Below are positions 52,853 through 62,763 of a stretch of 64,000 nucleotides of DNA, piece by piece. This stretch comes from an uncultured Acidobacteriota bacterium (GTDB taxonomy: Bacteria; Acidobacteriota; UBA6911). The notes under the pieces are model-generated. The model was not told the DNA's origin, did no database searches, and saw nothing but the letters and a program-made list of their open reading frames with translations. The translations under genes were made by a program, and so were the position numbers. The stretch lies in the NCBI GenBank assembly GCA_963843575.1, contig CAWJKZ010000010.1, forward strand, positions 128,001-192,000. Direction: 5' to 3'. Numbering within the stretch: position 1 is the stretch's first letter; each line of letters starts with the position of its first letter.

Positions 52853-53920
52853 ATGAAAGCCGCTGTCTTCCATGGGCCTGGCGACCTTCGCATCGAGGAG
52901 CGTCCCGCACCAGCCATTGCACGCGACGAAATACTCTTGAAGGTGGCGACTTGTTCCATCTGTGGCAGCGATGTCCGCACCTTTCGATTCGGGGCAAGCA
53001 ATATCACCGAACCCATGACCCTGGGTCACGAGGTCGCCGGCACCATCCTCGAAGTTGGCAGCGCAGTCACAGGCTTTTCTCCGGGCCAGAGGGTGGCGGT
53101 AGCGCCCGCGGTGCCGTGCGGCGCATGCCGCTACTGCGTGCGCGGCATTCAGACCATGTGCGATCACCTCCGGTCCATCGGCTTTCAATTCCACGGAGGC
53201 TTCGCGGAATTGCTGGTGGTTCCTCCCTCCGCCATCATGGCGGGCTGCGTGAACACAATTCCGGACAACCTCTCGATGGAAGAAGCGTCCCTAGCCGAGC
53301 CGCTGGCGTGTGCCATTAACGCCCAGGAGCTGCTGGACGTAGGCATGGGGGACACGGTAGTCATCCTGGGCGCCGGGCCGCTCGGCTGCATGCACGCGGA
53401 CCTGGCGAAGCTGCGCGGCGCCGGCAAGGTCGTATCGATAGAAATCCAGCCTCGTCGGCTGGAGCTGGCCAGAAGGTTTTTCGCCGATGTGGTGATCGAT
53501 GGCTCCAACGAAGACGTGACCGCCAGGGTCATGGAGGAGACCGGCGGAATCGGCGCGACAGTGGTGATTGTCGCAGCGCCCTCCGCGGAAGCGCAGCAGC
53601 AGGCCCTGATCCTTGCCGCCAAACGCGGACGAATCAGCTTTTTCGGAGGTTTGCCCAAGAGCAGCCCGTTTACCTCGCTAGACGCCAACCTGCTGCATTA
53701 CCGGGAGCTGTCCGTCATGGGAGCATATGGCTCCAAGCCAAGGCACAACCGGATCGCGCTGGATCTGCTGGCCGACGGCCGCATCCATGGATCGAGCCTG
53801 ATCGGCATGGTGGTCCCTCTGGAAAGGATCAAGGATGGCCTGGAGGCCGCCGCCCAGGGCAAGGTGTTGAAAGTCATCGTGCAACCCCACGCGCCGCCGG
53901 ACGCGGCCGGCGGCAAGTGA
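52853..53920 (+). CDS. Zinc-dependent medium-chain (polyol/sorbitol-type) dehydrogenase
   Basis: CSICGSD, GHEVAG, CGACRYC..C, EPLAC, GAGPLG. Confidence 0.92.
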   Translation: MKAAVFHGPGDLRIEERPAPAIARDEILLKVATCSICGSDVRTFRFGASNITEPMTLGHEVAGTILEVGSAVTGFSPGQRVAVAPAVPCGACRYCVRGIQTMCDHLRSIGFQFHGGFAELLVVPPSAIMAGCVNTIPDNLSMEEASLAEPLACAINAQELLDVGMGDTVVILGAGPLGCMHADLAKLRGAGKVVSIEIQPRRLELARRFFADVVIDGSNEDVTARVMEETGGIGATVVIVAAPSAEAQQQALILAAKRGRISFFGGLPKSSPFTSLDANLLHYRELSVMGAYGSKPRHNRIALDLLADGRIHGSSLIGMVVPLERIKDGLEAAAQGKVLKVIVQPHAPPDAAGGK

Positions 53921-54040
53921 GCAGCTTGGTCCGGATGAGTGCGGGCGATCTACCGAACGCGGATGTGAGTGGGTTTTAGAAGCGTCCTGCCGTGGCAATC
54001 GGCGATGATCAACATCCATACCTCAAAGAACGGAGCCGGA

Positions 54041-55084
54041 ATGAGCGGGACAGGCAGAGTATCGGCGTCCACCCTGGTCGTTGGCATGATCGCGTTGCTT
54101 TTTGTGGGTTGCACGTCCTCCCGCGCGCCGCAGGCTCCGGACGCAGCTCAACCCGCAAACTCTCCCTCAGAGGCAGTCAGAGCCCCGAAGGACGTCACAC
54201 TTGGCCTGTCCATGTACACGCTGGGCGCCCCTTATTTCGCAGCCCAGGCAAATGCGGTAAAGAAGAGAGCTGCTGAACTGGGCGTGAAACAGGTGATCGC
54301 GACCGAAGCCCATGATGACATGAACAAACAGTTGGCCGACGTCGAGGACCTCCTGTCCAAGAACATCGATCTCCTCATTTTGAATCCCAAGGATCCCAGG
54401 GGGCTGGTTCCCGCAACGAAGGCGGCCACCAGGGCGGGAGTTCCGGTCGTCATCATTGACAGCACCATCGATTCCTCCGCCGACTTCGTGACGCTCGTGC
54501 AGTCGAACAACCAGGCCAACGGTGAACTGGTCGGTGAGTGGTTGGCAACACAGATGAAGGGGAAACCGATCAAAATGGCGCTGCTCAGCGGCACACAAGG
54601 GAACCCGGTGGGAAAGGAGCGCCGCCAGGGCGTTTTCCGCGGCATCATCGAACAGCAACTGCGCGACGGCAACAGGGCGGGCTTTGAGATCATGACGCAG
54701 GGCTGGGGCAATTGGGCGCACGAAGGCGGCCTCAAGGCGATGGAAGACATCCTGGTCGCCAAGCCGGAAATCAACGTCCTGCTGTGCGAAAACGACAGCA
54801 TGTGCCTGGGGGCCTTAAAAGCCATCAGCGAGTCGGGCAGAGGGGACAGGATCCTGGTTCTGGCCGCCGCCGACGGGCAGAAGGAAGCCTACGAGGCCAT
54901 CAAGAGAGGACAGTATGGCGCCACGGGCTTAAACGATCCCGTCCTGGTCGCAAACTCTGCCGTCGAGTCCGCCCTCAAATATCTTTCGGGTCGAAGGGAC
55001 TTGCCGAAAATCCAATACACGGAGGCTGCGGCGATCACCAGGGAGAACGTCGACAGATTTTACCGGGCCGACAGCGAATTCTGA
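54041..55084 (+). CDS. Sugar ABC transporter substrate-binding lipoprotein (RbsB-like)
   Basis: Lipobox-like LFVGC; APYF, VPVVIIDS, ENDSMCLGA, ADG; periplasmic binding type I pattern. Confidence 0.88.
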   Translation: MSGTGRVSASTLVVGMIALLFVGCTSSRAPQAPDAAQPANSPSEAVRAPKDVTLGLSMYTLGAPYFAAQANAVKKRAAELGVKQVIATEAHDDMNKQLADVEDLLSKNIDLLILNPKDPRGLVPATKAATRAGVPVVIIDSTIDSSADFVTLVQSNNQANGELVGEWLATQMKGKPIKMALLSGTQGNPVGKERRQGVFRGIIEQQLRDGNRAGFEIMTQGWGNWAHEGGLKAMEDILVAKPEINVLLCENDSMCLGALKAISESGRGDRILVLAAADGQKEAYEAIKRGQYGATGLNDPVLVANSAVESALKYLSGRRDLPKIQYTEAAAITRENVDRFYRADSEF

Positions 55085-55113
55085 CCCCCAGGCCCCTCCA
55101 TCCAGGAATACAG

Positions 55114-56649
55114 GTGACTGAACGCTACCTGGTCGAAATCCTTAACGTGAGCAAGTCCTTTCGGGCGATTCACGCTCTCACGGACGTGTCGTTCAACGTA
55201 AAGCCAGGCGAAATTCACGCTCTCGTGGGTGAGAACGGGGCCGGCAAGTCCACCCTGATGAAGATCCTGTCGGGGGTTCATCTCAAGGACAAAGGCACCA
55301 TCAAAGTGGACGGCCGGCCGGTTGACATCCAGAATCCGCACGCAGCGGGTCGGCTCGGCATTGGAATTGTCTACCAGGAGCTAGCGCTGATTCCGGACCT
55401 GACCGTCGCCGAGAACATCTACTTCAAACGATTGAGCTCCAATTGGGGCCTCATCAATGGGCGCGAACTCAACCGGAAGGCGGAAGTACTCCTCCGAGGG
55501 CTCGGCTTCGACATCAATCCGCGCGAGAAGGTGGCGCATCTCAGCGTCGCCTGCCAACAGATCGTCGAGATCAGCAGAGAACTCTCCGAAGACGTGCGCG
55601 TGCTCATCCTGGACGAGCCGACGTCGGTCCTGGCGCCCAAAGAAGTAGAGCACCTGTTCGCAGCCCTGAAGAGCCTGAGGGCTCGCGGTGTGGGTCTCGT
55701 TTACATCAGCCACCGACTGGACGAGATCTTCCAGATCGCCGACCGGATTACCGTCCTCAAGGATGGGGCCGTGGTAGGAACGGTCTTGCCGACGGGGGTT
55801 ACGCCGGACGATCTGATCAGCATGATGATCGGTCGCAGGCTGATCACGATGTTTCCAAAGCGGGACTGCACGATCGGCGACGAAGTGCTCCGCGTGGATG
55901 GGTTGAACCGGGGGCGGAGGGTCAGGGACATATCCTTTGCCGTGAGAGCCGGGGAAGTCCTCGGCATCGCCGGATTGGTGGGCAGCGGCCGAAGCGAGGT
56001 GGTCCGCGCAATTTTCGGGGCAGAGTCCAAGGAGGGTGGGAAGGTTTTCCTCGGGAACCGGCCCGTGAAGATCAACTCACCCAGCGACGCGGTGAAGAGC
56101 GGCATCGCGCTTGTGCCGGAAAACCGCAAAGAGCAGGGCGTCATTCTCGACATGCCCATCCGCAAGAACATCACCATGCCCAATGTCCGGCTGGTCACAG
56201 CCAGCCTTGGCATCATCCAGGAGCGCAAGGAAAGGAGACTCGCTCGGCAGTTTGTGGACAAGCTTCAGATCAAGACCCAGGACGTGGACCAGGAGGTGGC
56301 AGATCTGAGCGGAGGCAATCAGCAAAAAGTCGTGCTGGCCAAATGGCTGACCACGAAGTGCAGGGTCATCCTGTTGGACGAGCCCACGCGAGGGATTGAT
56401 GTCGGCGCCAAGGTCGAGATCTACCACCTGATCAATGAACTGGCGGCTTCAGGCATGGGCATCGTGCTGATTTCATCGGAGATGATGGAGATCATCGGCC
56501 TTTGCGATCGAGTCATGGTGATCCGCGAGGGACAGGTTGCGGGGATGCTCCAGAAACCCGAGATCAGCGAGGTGAATGTGATGAGAATGGCGGTCCAAGG
56601 ACCGGCGCCCGGCACGGTCACGACGCCGGTGGCCAGTTTGCGCCTTTAG
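55114..56649 (+). CDS. Sugar ABC transporter ATP-binding protein (RbsA-like, two NBDs)
   Basis: GENGAGKST, ILDEPT, LSGGNQQKV, DEPTRGIDVGAK; GTG start. Confidence 0.95.
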   Translation: MTERYLVEILNVSKSFRAIHALTDVSFNVKPGEIHALVGENGAGKSTLMKILSGVHLKDKGTIKVDGRPVDIQNPHAAGRLGIGIVYQELALIPDLTVAENIYFKRLSSNWGLINGRELNRKAEVLLRGLGFDINPREKVAHLSVACQQIVEISRELSEDVRVLILDEPTSVLAPKEVEHLFAALKSLRARGVGLVYISHRLDEIFQIADRITVLKDGAVVGTVLPTGVTPDDLISMMIGRRLITMFPKRDCTIGDEVLRVDGLNRGRRVRDISFAVRAGEVLGIAGLVGSGRSEVVRAIFGAESKEGGKVFLGNRPVKINSPSDAVKSGIALVPENRKEQGVILDMPIRKNITMPNVRLVTASLGIIQERKERRLARQFVDKLQIKTQDVDQEVADLSGGNQQKVVLAKWLTTKCRVILLDEPTRGIDVGAKVEIYHLINELAASGMGIVLISSEMMEIIGLCDRVMVIREGQVAGMLQKPEISEVNVMRMAVQGPAPGTVTTPVASLRL

Positions 56650-56678
56650 TAACTTCACGAGGGACGGAGGAAGTACGC

Positions 56679-57683
56679 ATGAGCCAGCGGCAAGCGGAAT
56701 CGGGCGGGGGCGAGCCGTCGGTCGCCGCCACGACATCGGGCAGCCTGTTGAGCAGCACTACCGCACTTCTGCTCAAGTACAACACTGTGCTGATATTCCT
56801 CGTCATGATCGCGCTCGCCGCCTCGATTTCCGACGTTTTCTTCAGCGAGAAAAACGTCTTCAACCTGCTGCGCCAGGTCGCCGGCCTCGCCGCAGTCGGG
56901 CTCGGCATGCTGCTGGTGATCCTGACCGGAGGCATCGATCTCTCGGTCGGTTCCCTCATGGCACTGGCGAGTGTGCTGGTCGCATACTTCCTCGGCAGCA
57001 TGGCCTTGCTGCCCGCGCTGATACTTACCGTCGCGATCAGCACCTTGTGCGGGGCCGTGTCAGGCTACCTGGTCGCCGCCAGGAATATGGCACCGTTTAT
57101 CGCAACCCTTGCCATGATGACGATCGCCAGGGGATTCGCTTTTATCATCTCGAAGGGCTCCCCGATCATCATCGAAGATCCGACCCTGAACGGCTTTGGA
57201 TCGGCTTATTGGTTTAAGGTTCCGCTGCCCGTATTTGTGATGGCCGCCGTCTTCGCGCTCGTGGCCTTCCTTCTGAGATTGACCGTCTTCGGCAGGATGA
57301 CCACCGCGATCGGGAGCAATGAGACCGCCGTGAGGTTGGCGGGGATTCGGACCGGGTGGTACAAATTCGCCGTTTACTGTATCTCGGGCGCCTTCTGTGC
57401 AGTCGCAGGCATTATCAGCACATCCCGGACAGGGGTAGGCTCGCCCATAGTGGGCACGGGGGCGGAGCTCGACGCGATTGCGGCGGTCGTTATCGGGGGA
57501 GCAAGTCTGAGCGGGGGCAAAGGCACCGCGTTCAACACTCTGCTGGGTGTGCTCATCCTGGGAATGATCGGGAACATCATGAACCTCATGAATGTCCCGG
57601 GCTACCCGCAGCAGGTTATCAAGGGTTTGATCATCGTGTTCGCCGTCCTGCTGCAAGGATGGCAACGTCGTCCGGATGCCTGA
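56679..57683 (+). CDS. Sugar ABC transporter permease (RbsC-like)
   Basis: ILTGGIDLSVGS, PFIATLA, AIGSNETAVRLAG, ELDAIAAVVIGG. Confidence 0.94.
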   Translation: MSQRQAESGGGEPSVAATTSGSLLSSTTALLLKYNTVLIFLVMIALAASISDVFFSEKNVFNLLRQVAGLAAVGLGMLLVILTGGIDLSVGSLMALASVLVAYFLGSMALLPALILTVAISTLCGAVSGYLVAARNMAPFIATLAMMTIARGFAFIISKGSPIIIEDPTLNGFGSAYWFKVPLPVFVMAAVFALVAFLLRLTVFGRMTTAIGSNETAVRLAGIRTGWYKFAVYCISGAFCAVAGIISTSRTGVGSPIVGTGAELDAIAAVVIGGASLSGGKGTAFNTLLGVLILGMIGNIMNLMNVPGYPQQVIKGLIIVFAVLLQGWQRRPDA

Positions 57684-57822
57684 TGGTCAGCGACGAGTTT
57701 CTTGGACGCAGATTGACGCAGGTCAACGTCGATCATTGCCGCTTGTGGCTCGGGCCTGTACTTCATCCGGCGTGCGAGATTACCGGAGCAGGCCTGGACT
57801 TGGTCCCGGAACAGGGGTAGGG

Positions 57823-59322
57823 ATGACCAGCCCGATTAAGCTCAATGCATCCAACCTGCCACGCGTACCGGCAGCAGTGCGGATCCCGGGATATGTCAGG
57901 ACCGCGATAGCCCCGGGCATCGTGCACATCGGGGTCGGCGGTTTCTTCCGGGCGCATCAGGCTGTCTACCTGGACGACCTGCTGCTCGCGGGAGACGCTC
58001 GGTCGTGGGGCGTGTGCGGGATCGGACTGCTCGAGCAGGACTCCGGCATGCGCGACGCACTGCAATCCCAGGACTGCCTGTACACGGTGCTGGAGTGCAG
58101 CGCAGGGGGCGAGCAGGCCCGTGTCATTGGATCACTGATCGAATACCTCTATGCCCCGGAAGGCCCCGAGCGCGTGCTCGAGAAGATGGCTGCGCCGGAA
58201 ACCGCGATCGTCTCACTGACCATCACCGAGTCGGGCTATTACGTCAATCACGGGACGGGAAGTTTCGACGAGCACCATCCCGACATCATCCGCGATCTCG
58301 AGCATCCGCACCACCCGCGTTGCTCGTTCGGTTACCTCGCCGAGGCGCTGGACCGGCGCCGGCGGCGCGGCCTGGCGCCGTTCACCGTGTTGTCCTGCGA
58401 CAACCTGCAGCAGAACGGGGACGTGGCCAAGAGGATGCTGCTGGCCTTCGCGGCACTCCGCGATCCGGCGCTGAGCGCATGGATGGAGACACGCTGCGCT
58501 TTCCCCAACAGCATGGTGGATCGGATCACACCAATGACCGACGACCGGCACCGCTCCCTGTTGTGCGAGCGGTACGGCGTCGACGACGCCTGGCCCGTCG
58601 TTACGGAGCCCTTCCGGCAGTGGGTGATCGAGGACCACTTTCCCGGCGGGAGGCCCGCATGGGAGCGGGCCGGGGCCCAGTTGACTTCCGACGTGCTCCC
58701 CTACGAAAAGATAAAGATCCGCCTGCTCAATGCCGGACACCAGACCCTATGCCACATCGGCAGGCTGCTGGGCTACACGTCGGTCCACCAGGCCATCGCC
58801 GACCCGCAGATACGGAAGCTCCTCCGACGGCTGATGGACGAAGAGGTCAGCCCGCTCCTCCCACGCGTGCTGGGCATGGGACTCGAGCAGTATAAGGAGA
58901 CGCTCCTGCAGCGCTTCTCCAATCCCACCATCAACGACCAGCTCTCCCGCATCGCCATGGAGGGATCGGCCCGGATGCCCAAGTTCGTCCTCCCCTCTAT
59001 CGGGGAGCAACTGGAGCGTGGCGGGCCCGTGCGCCTCCTCAGCTTCGCGGTCGCATGCTGGTTCCGGTGCTTGGCCGGGGAGGACGAGCAAGGGAGGGAC
59101 CTCCCAGTGGTGGACCCCATGGCGGAGACTCTGAGGGAGCGCGCTCGGCTGGGAGGGACTGACCCCGGACCGCTGCTCCACTCACCAAACCTGTTCGGTG
59201 AAAAACTGCTCCGGTCGCGGCGGTTCGTGGACTCCCTGTCGGGGGCTTTGAAGGACCTGTACATGAAGGGTGCTCGCGCTGCCCTCGAGGAGGCCCTGAC
59301 AGCCAGGCGCGCGGAACCCTGA
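57823..59322 (+). CDS. Mannitol dehydrogenase family (polyol-specific long-chain) oxidoreductase
   Basis: IVHIGVGGFFRAHQA, SLTITESGY, SCDNL, FPNSMVDRITP, QWVIED, KIRLLNAGH, RFSNP. Confidence 0.94.
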   Translation: MTSPIKLNASNLPRVPAAVRIPGYVRTAIAPGIVHIGVGGFFRAHQAVYLDDLLLAGDARSWGVCGIGLLEQDSGMRDALQSQDCLYTVLECSAGGEQARVIGSLIEYLYAPEGPERVLEKMAAPETAIVSLTITESGYYVNHGTGSFDEHHPDIIRDLEHPHHPRCSFGYLAEALDRRRRRGLAPFTVLSCDNLQQNGDVAKRMLLAFAALRDPALSAWMETRCAFPNSMVDRITPMTDDRHRSLLCERYGVDDAWPVVTEPFRQWVIEDHFPGGRPAWERAGAQLTSDVLPYEKIKIRLLNAGHQTLCHIGRLLGYTSVHQAIADPQIRKLLRRLMDEEVSPLLPRVLGMGLEQYKETLLQRFSNPTINDQLSRIAMEGSARMPKFVLPSIGEQLERGGPVRLLSFAVACWFRCLAGEDEQGRDLPVVDPMAETLRERARLGGTDPGPLLHSPNLFGEKLLRSRRFVDSLSGALKDLYMKGARAALEEALTARRAEP

Positions 59323-59347
59323 TGACGCACCGCTTTCCCACCTGGTT

Positions 59348-60768
59348 TCAGGCGACTTCCCAGCCGGGACGGTAGCTTTCCTTGAGGAGTGCGTCCGCTT
59401 CGGGCGCGTCCGTGAACTTCATGGCCGGCGCATCCCAGAATGCACCTTCTTCTTCAGGCGCAGGGCGACGAGGCCGAGCAGACCGACTTCCGTCAGTCCG
59501 GCGCCATATTCGAAGTGGGCGCTGGCGGGCGTGCCGCCTTTGCAGGCGTCGAGCCAGTCGCGGTGATGTCCGTTGGACCGGGGAAGCGTCTTCGCGGGGC
59601 GCTTGTAGGCAGCATCCTTCGAACCGGGCAACAGGCGCGGCGCGCCCGCCCAGCCGGGGCAGGTGAGCATGCCTTTGTCGCCGACGAACAGGATGCCGTT
59701 GCCGTCGGCGCCAAGCCGGTCTTCCTCTTCCAGACCGTCCGGGCGCGGCGGCATCAGGCCGCCTTCATACCACGTGAACTTGACGGCGGGCATCTTGCCG
59801 CGCGGACCGAAGTGGTAGGTGTAAAGGCCGCCCGACGGCGCCATATAGGGATCCACGCCGCCGGCGGCGAAGGCTTCGATGCTGAGTCGGCTCGCGCAGG
59901 TCGAGCGCCCAGAATGCGGGGTCGAAGTTGTGGCAGAAGAAGTCGCCGATGGGCGCGGTGCCGAAGTCCCAGAAATCGCGCCAGCTCACCGGCGAGTAGA
60001 TGGAGCTGTAGGGGCGCATGTCGCGGGGCCCCAGCCACAGGTCCCAGTTGACGCCCTGCGGCACCGGCTCCTCCGGCGGGACGCCGCCCGGGTGCTTCTT
60101 GTTCCAGCGCGTGGCGCTGGTCCAGGCGTGCACTTCGCGGATGTCGCCGATTGCGCCGTCCCAGATCCACTCGCAGGTCTGGCGGATGCCGTCGCCGGAG
60201 TGCCCGTGGTTGCCCAACTGCGTGGCCACGCCGGTTTCCTTGGCTACCTTGGCCATCAGCCGCGCCTCCCAGACGTTGTGGGTGAGCGGCTTTTCGCAAT
60301 AGACGTGCTTGCCCTGCTTCATGGCCGTCACGCAGACATACGCGTGCTGGTGGTCCGGCGTGGCGCAGAGGATGGCGTCGATGGCCTTTTCCTTTTCGAG
60401 CATCACGCGGAAATCCTCGTAGTCGGCCACCTTGAAGTTCGGCGTCTCTTCCGCGTACCGCCGCTCGATTTCAGCCTTGACCGGCAGCCGGCCAGCCGTG
60501 CCCCCGTAGTAGAAACCTTTCAGGTCGTGAAACTCGATGGGGTCCGCCACGGCGATGATCTGCGCGTCCTCGAGCTTGAACAGGGCGCGCATGTTGGTGC
60601 GGCCCTGGCCGCCGCAGCCGATGATGGCGATGTTGATCTTGTCGCTCGGGGCGACGAACTTCTGGCCGCCCAGGACGTGGCGCGGGACGATGGTGAAGCC
60701 GGCGACCGCGGCGGCGTGCCGCCGATGAAGTCGCGCCGGCTCAGGTTGGGACTCTGTTTGTCTATCAT
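59348..60768 (-). pseudogene. Tat-exported Gfo/Idh/MocA oxidoreductase with three frameshifts (~60715, ~59880, ~59440)
   Basis: Pieces in successive frames: MIDKQSPNLSRRDFIGGT / AAAVAGFTIVPRHVLGG..GCGGQG..ATPDHQH..YCEKPL..WDLWLGP / SIEAFAAGG..WYEGG..HHRDWLDACK / WDAPAMKF..YRPGWEVA*. Pseudogene or sequencing error. Confidence 0.8.
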
Positions 60769-60966
60769 GTTGCAGCGACCTCCGCGCCGCCCGCTTGGCG
60801 AATAGAACGACAATGACGCCTCACCGATACGGCAGTCATTTCTATCCCCAAAGGGGCACACCCGCAAGCGAATTTGCCTGCGCAGGGATCTGCCTGCGCA
60901 CCCTGACTGTCCCGGCTGAAGAGGGTGTCCGACGGCTGCCGCAACAAATACGCGCATCCGGGCTTT

Positions 60967-61146
60967 AGAGGCTGTCCAACGGATTGTGGAGTGCGGCGGC
61001 TCGACGCCACCAAAGGCCGAGGTCGCAGGGTCGCATCGTGCAATTCGGCGTGGCGCCGAGGCGCCGAGCATTCCTGCCGTAGGACGAGTGAAAGCGGCGC
61101 CGAGGCGCCGCACTCCGGATTGAACGTCAACCGTTGGACAGCCTCT
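60967..61146. mobile_element. 180-bp MITE with perfect 16-bp TIRs enclosing an inverted GGAGTGCGG REP pair
   Basis: agaggctgtccaacgg (60967-60982) / ccgttggacagcctct (61131-61146); internal ggagtgcggcggctcgacgcc and ggcgccgaggcgccgcactcc. Confidence 0.8.
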
Positions 61147-61166
61147 GAAGGCCGGACCCGCGTGTA

Positions 61167-62402
61167 TCACGGGCCCGACTGTGTGGTCGCAACGGGTCTG
61201 GATCCAGACTCTGTCAGCTTCCTGACCTGCTCCCTCACGGCGCCCGCTTGTGCGGACTCGGGTGCCGCGGCGAGGTAGCGCTGAAGCTGTTCTATCGCAC
61301 CCTCCGCGTCGTTCCTGCGCCGGAGGATATTGGCGAGGATCAGGTGCACCTGAGGTATGCGGTGCAGGGGATCCATCTGCTCCGTCTTCCTCCCGCTGCG
61401 CTCGGCCGAGTCGAGCCGGTTCATGTAGTAGTTTGCCGCGGAGTTCAGGTAGTAGGCGTCGACGAAGTCCACGGGATCGAGTTCGATGGCGCGATCGGAC
61501 AACTCCGCCGCAGCCTGCCATTTCTGCTCGAGCACAGCGAGCCGTGCGAGGTGGATGTAGGGCCCCACGTAGTTATGGTCGACCTCAACGGCCTTGGACA
61601 ACGCCGCCTTGGCTTCGTCCAGTCGCTGCATGCTTTCATAGACCTGTCCCAAGCCGTACCAGGCAGCCGCATAGTGGGGGTATATCTCGAGGGCCGACTT
61701 GAGGTTCTTCTCGGCCTCTGCGAGGTCGTTTTTCCGAAAGGCCTTCTCGAAACGCCCGAACGCTTTCCGGGCCGGCTTTGGCGCAGCCATGTCGGTGGCG
61801 CTCACCAGTGTCCCCTGGACCTTCGACAGCGGGTAGAGCACGATCGTGCCCATATCGATCTGCCCGACAGAACTGCCCGAACCAAGCATCACGGGGGTGG
61901 ACCGGTAGCCGGCCAGGCGGGCGCGCACTTCGCAACCCATCAGGCTCACCGGTGCCTGCCGGTCGAAGACGCTCGAGCCCGCCGACGGGCGGGAATTGCG
62001 CCCGCCGAACATGTCCGCCGCGGCGCCCGATTCGTCGCTGGCATCGGGCAACACACTGGCGGAGCGGCTTATCCCTCCAATCTGAAAGGAGAAATGGCCG
62101 GCAGCATCCACATAGGTTTCCCGGGTGACACGCCCGTTGCAGTTGCGTTCGATGACCACGCCCGTCGGCAGTGGCGCCCCGTCCTCCTGGACTACGACGC
62201 CGGAGACGAAAATCAGCTGCGGCTGCACCTGCTGTCGATCCGGCTGGGATCTCGACGGGCGAGGCACGGACGGGGTAGTGTTCCGCCTGGACGAGGTTCC
62301 GCCACCTCCCCTCGTGGATTGGGCCGAGAGATCTCCCGGTTGGGCGGCCCCGAGCACGATCAGGCAGGACAGCACTGCGCCAAAGAGACCGGCTGATTTC
62401 AT
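61167..62402 (-). CDS. Secreted TPR-repeat protein with N-terminal beta domain
   Basis: Signal peptide; VSGVVVQEDG..GHFSF; C-terminal TPRs (AAAWYGLGQVY, PQVHLILANIL). Confidence 0.82.
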   Translation of the reverse strand: MKSAGLFGAVLSCLIVLGAAQPGDLSAQSTRGGGGTSSRRNTTPSVPRPSRSQPDRQQVQPQLIFVSGVVVQEDGAPLPTGVVIERNCNGRVTRETYVDAAGHFSFQIGGISRSASVLPDASDESGAAADMFGGRNSRPSAGSSVFDRQAPVSLMGCEVRARLAGYRSTPVMLGSGSSVGQIDMGTIVLYPLSKVQGTLVSATDMAAPKPARKAFGRFEKAFRKNDLAEAEKNLKSALEIYPHYAAAWYGLGQVYESMQRLDEAKAALSKAVEVDHNYVGPYIHLARLAVLEQKWQAAAELSDRAIELDPVDFVDAYYLNSAANYYMNRLDSAERSGRKTEQMDPLHRIPQVHLILANILRRRNDAEGAIEQLQRYLAAAPESAQAGAVREQVRKLTESGSRPVATTQSGP

Positions 62403-62599
62403 AGCCACTCCTCATACTGTGGAACGGTAACGCCTGGTTTCAGGGTACGGTTACCCCATCGCCCGGTGGCTCTGCCCGAACAACCGCTTTGTTTTTGGAA
62501 AGGGAGGTACACCCACCTGCAATTCACAGTACTCCGACCGAGAGGGAACGGCAATGCAAATCACGGCGCTGCGCCGGTGGGCGCCAGCGGAACCGGAAA

Positions 62600-62677
62600 C
62601 TCTTCAAACCCTTCGAGCCTCGGGCGTGAACCGTGGAACTCACGCCGAAGGCCTGAAGACTCGAAGGATCCCGAAGA
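62600..62677. repeat. Hairpin with roughly 9-nt periodic CTTC/GAAG arms
   Basis: ctcttcaaacccttcgagcct-cgggcgtga..tcacgcc-gaaggcctgaagactcgaaggatcccgaag. Confidence 0.5.
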
Positions 62678-62763
62678 CGGTGCGCCGGCGTCCCTAATCG
62701 CTTGCGTCGCGCCACCATTCGCGATAGAACTGCGCGCATCGATTGAGGAAACGGGAGCCATAC

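Noticed and set aside
41723-61146. Dispersed repeats considered as CRISPR or attC arrays
   Set aside because: Copies are isolated, not regularly spaced with unique spacers; no cas or integrase gene in the window.
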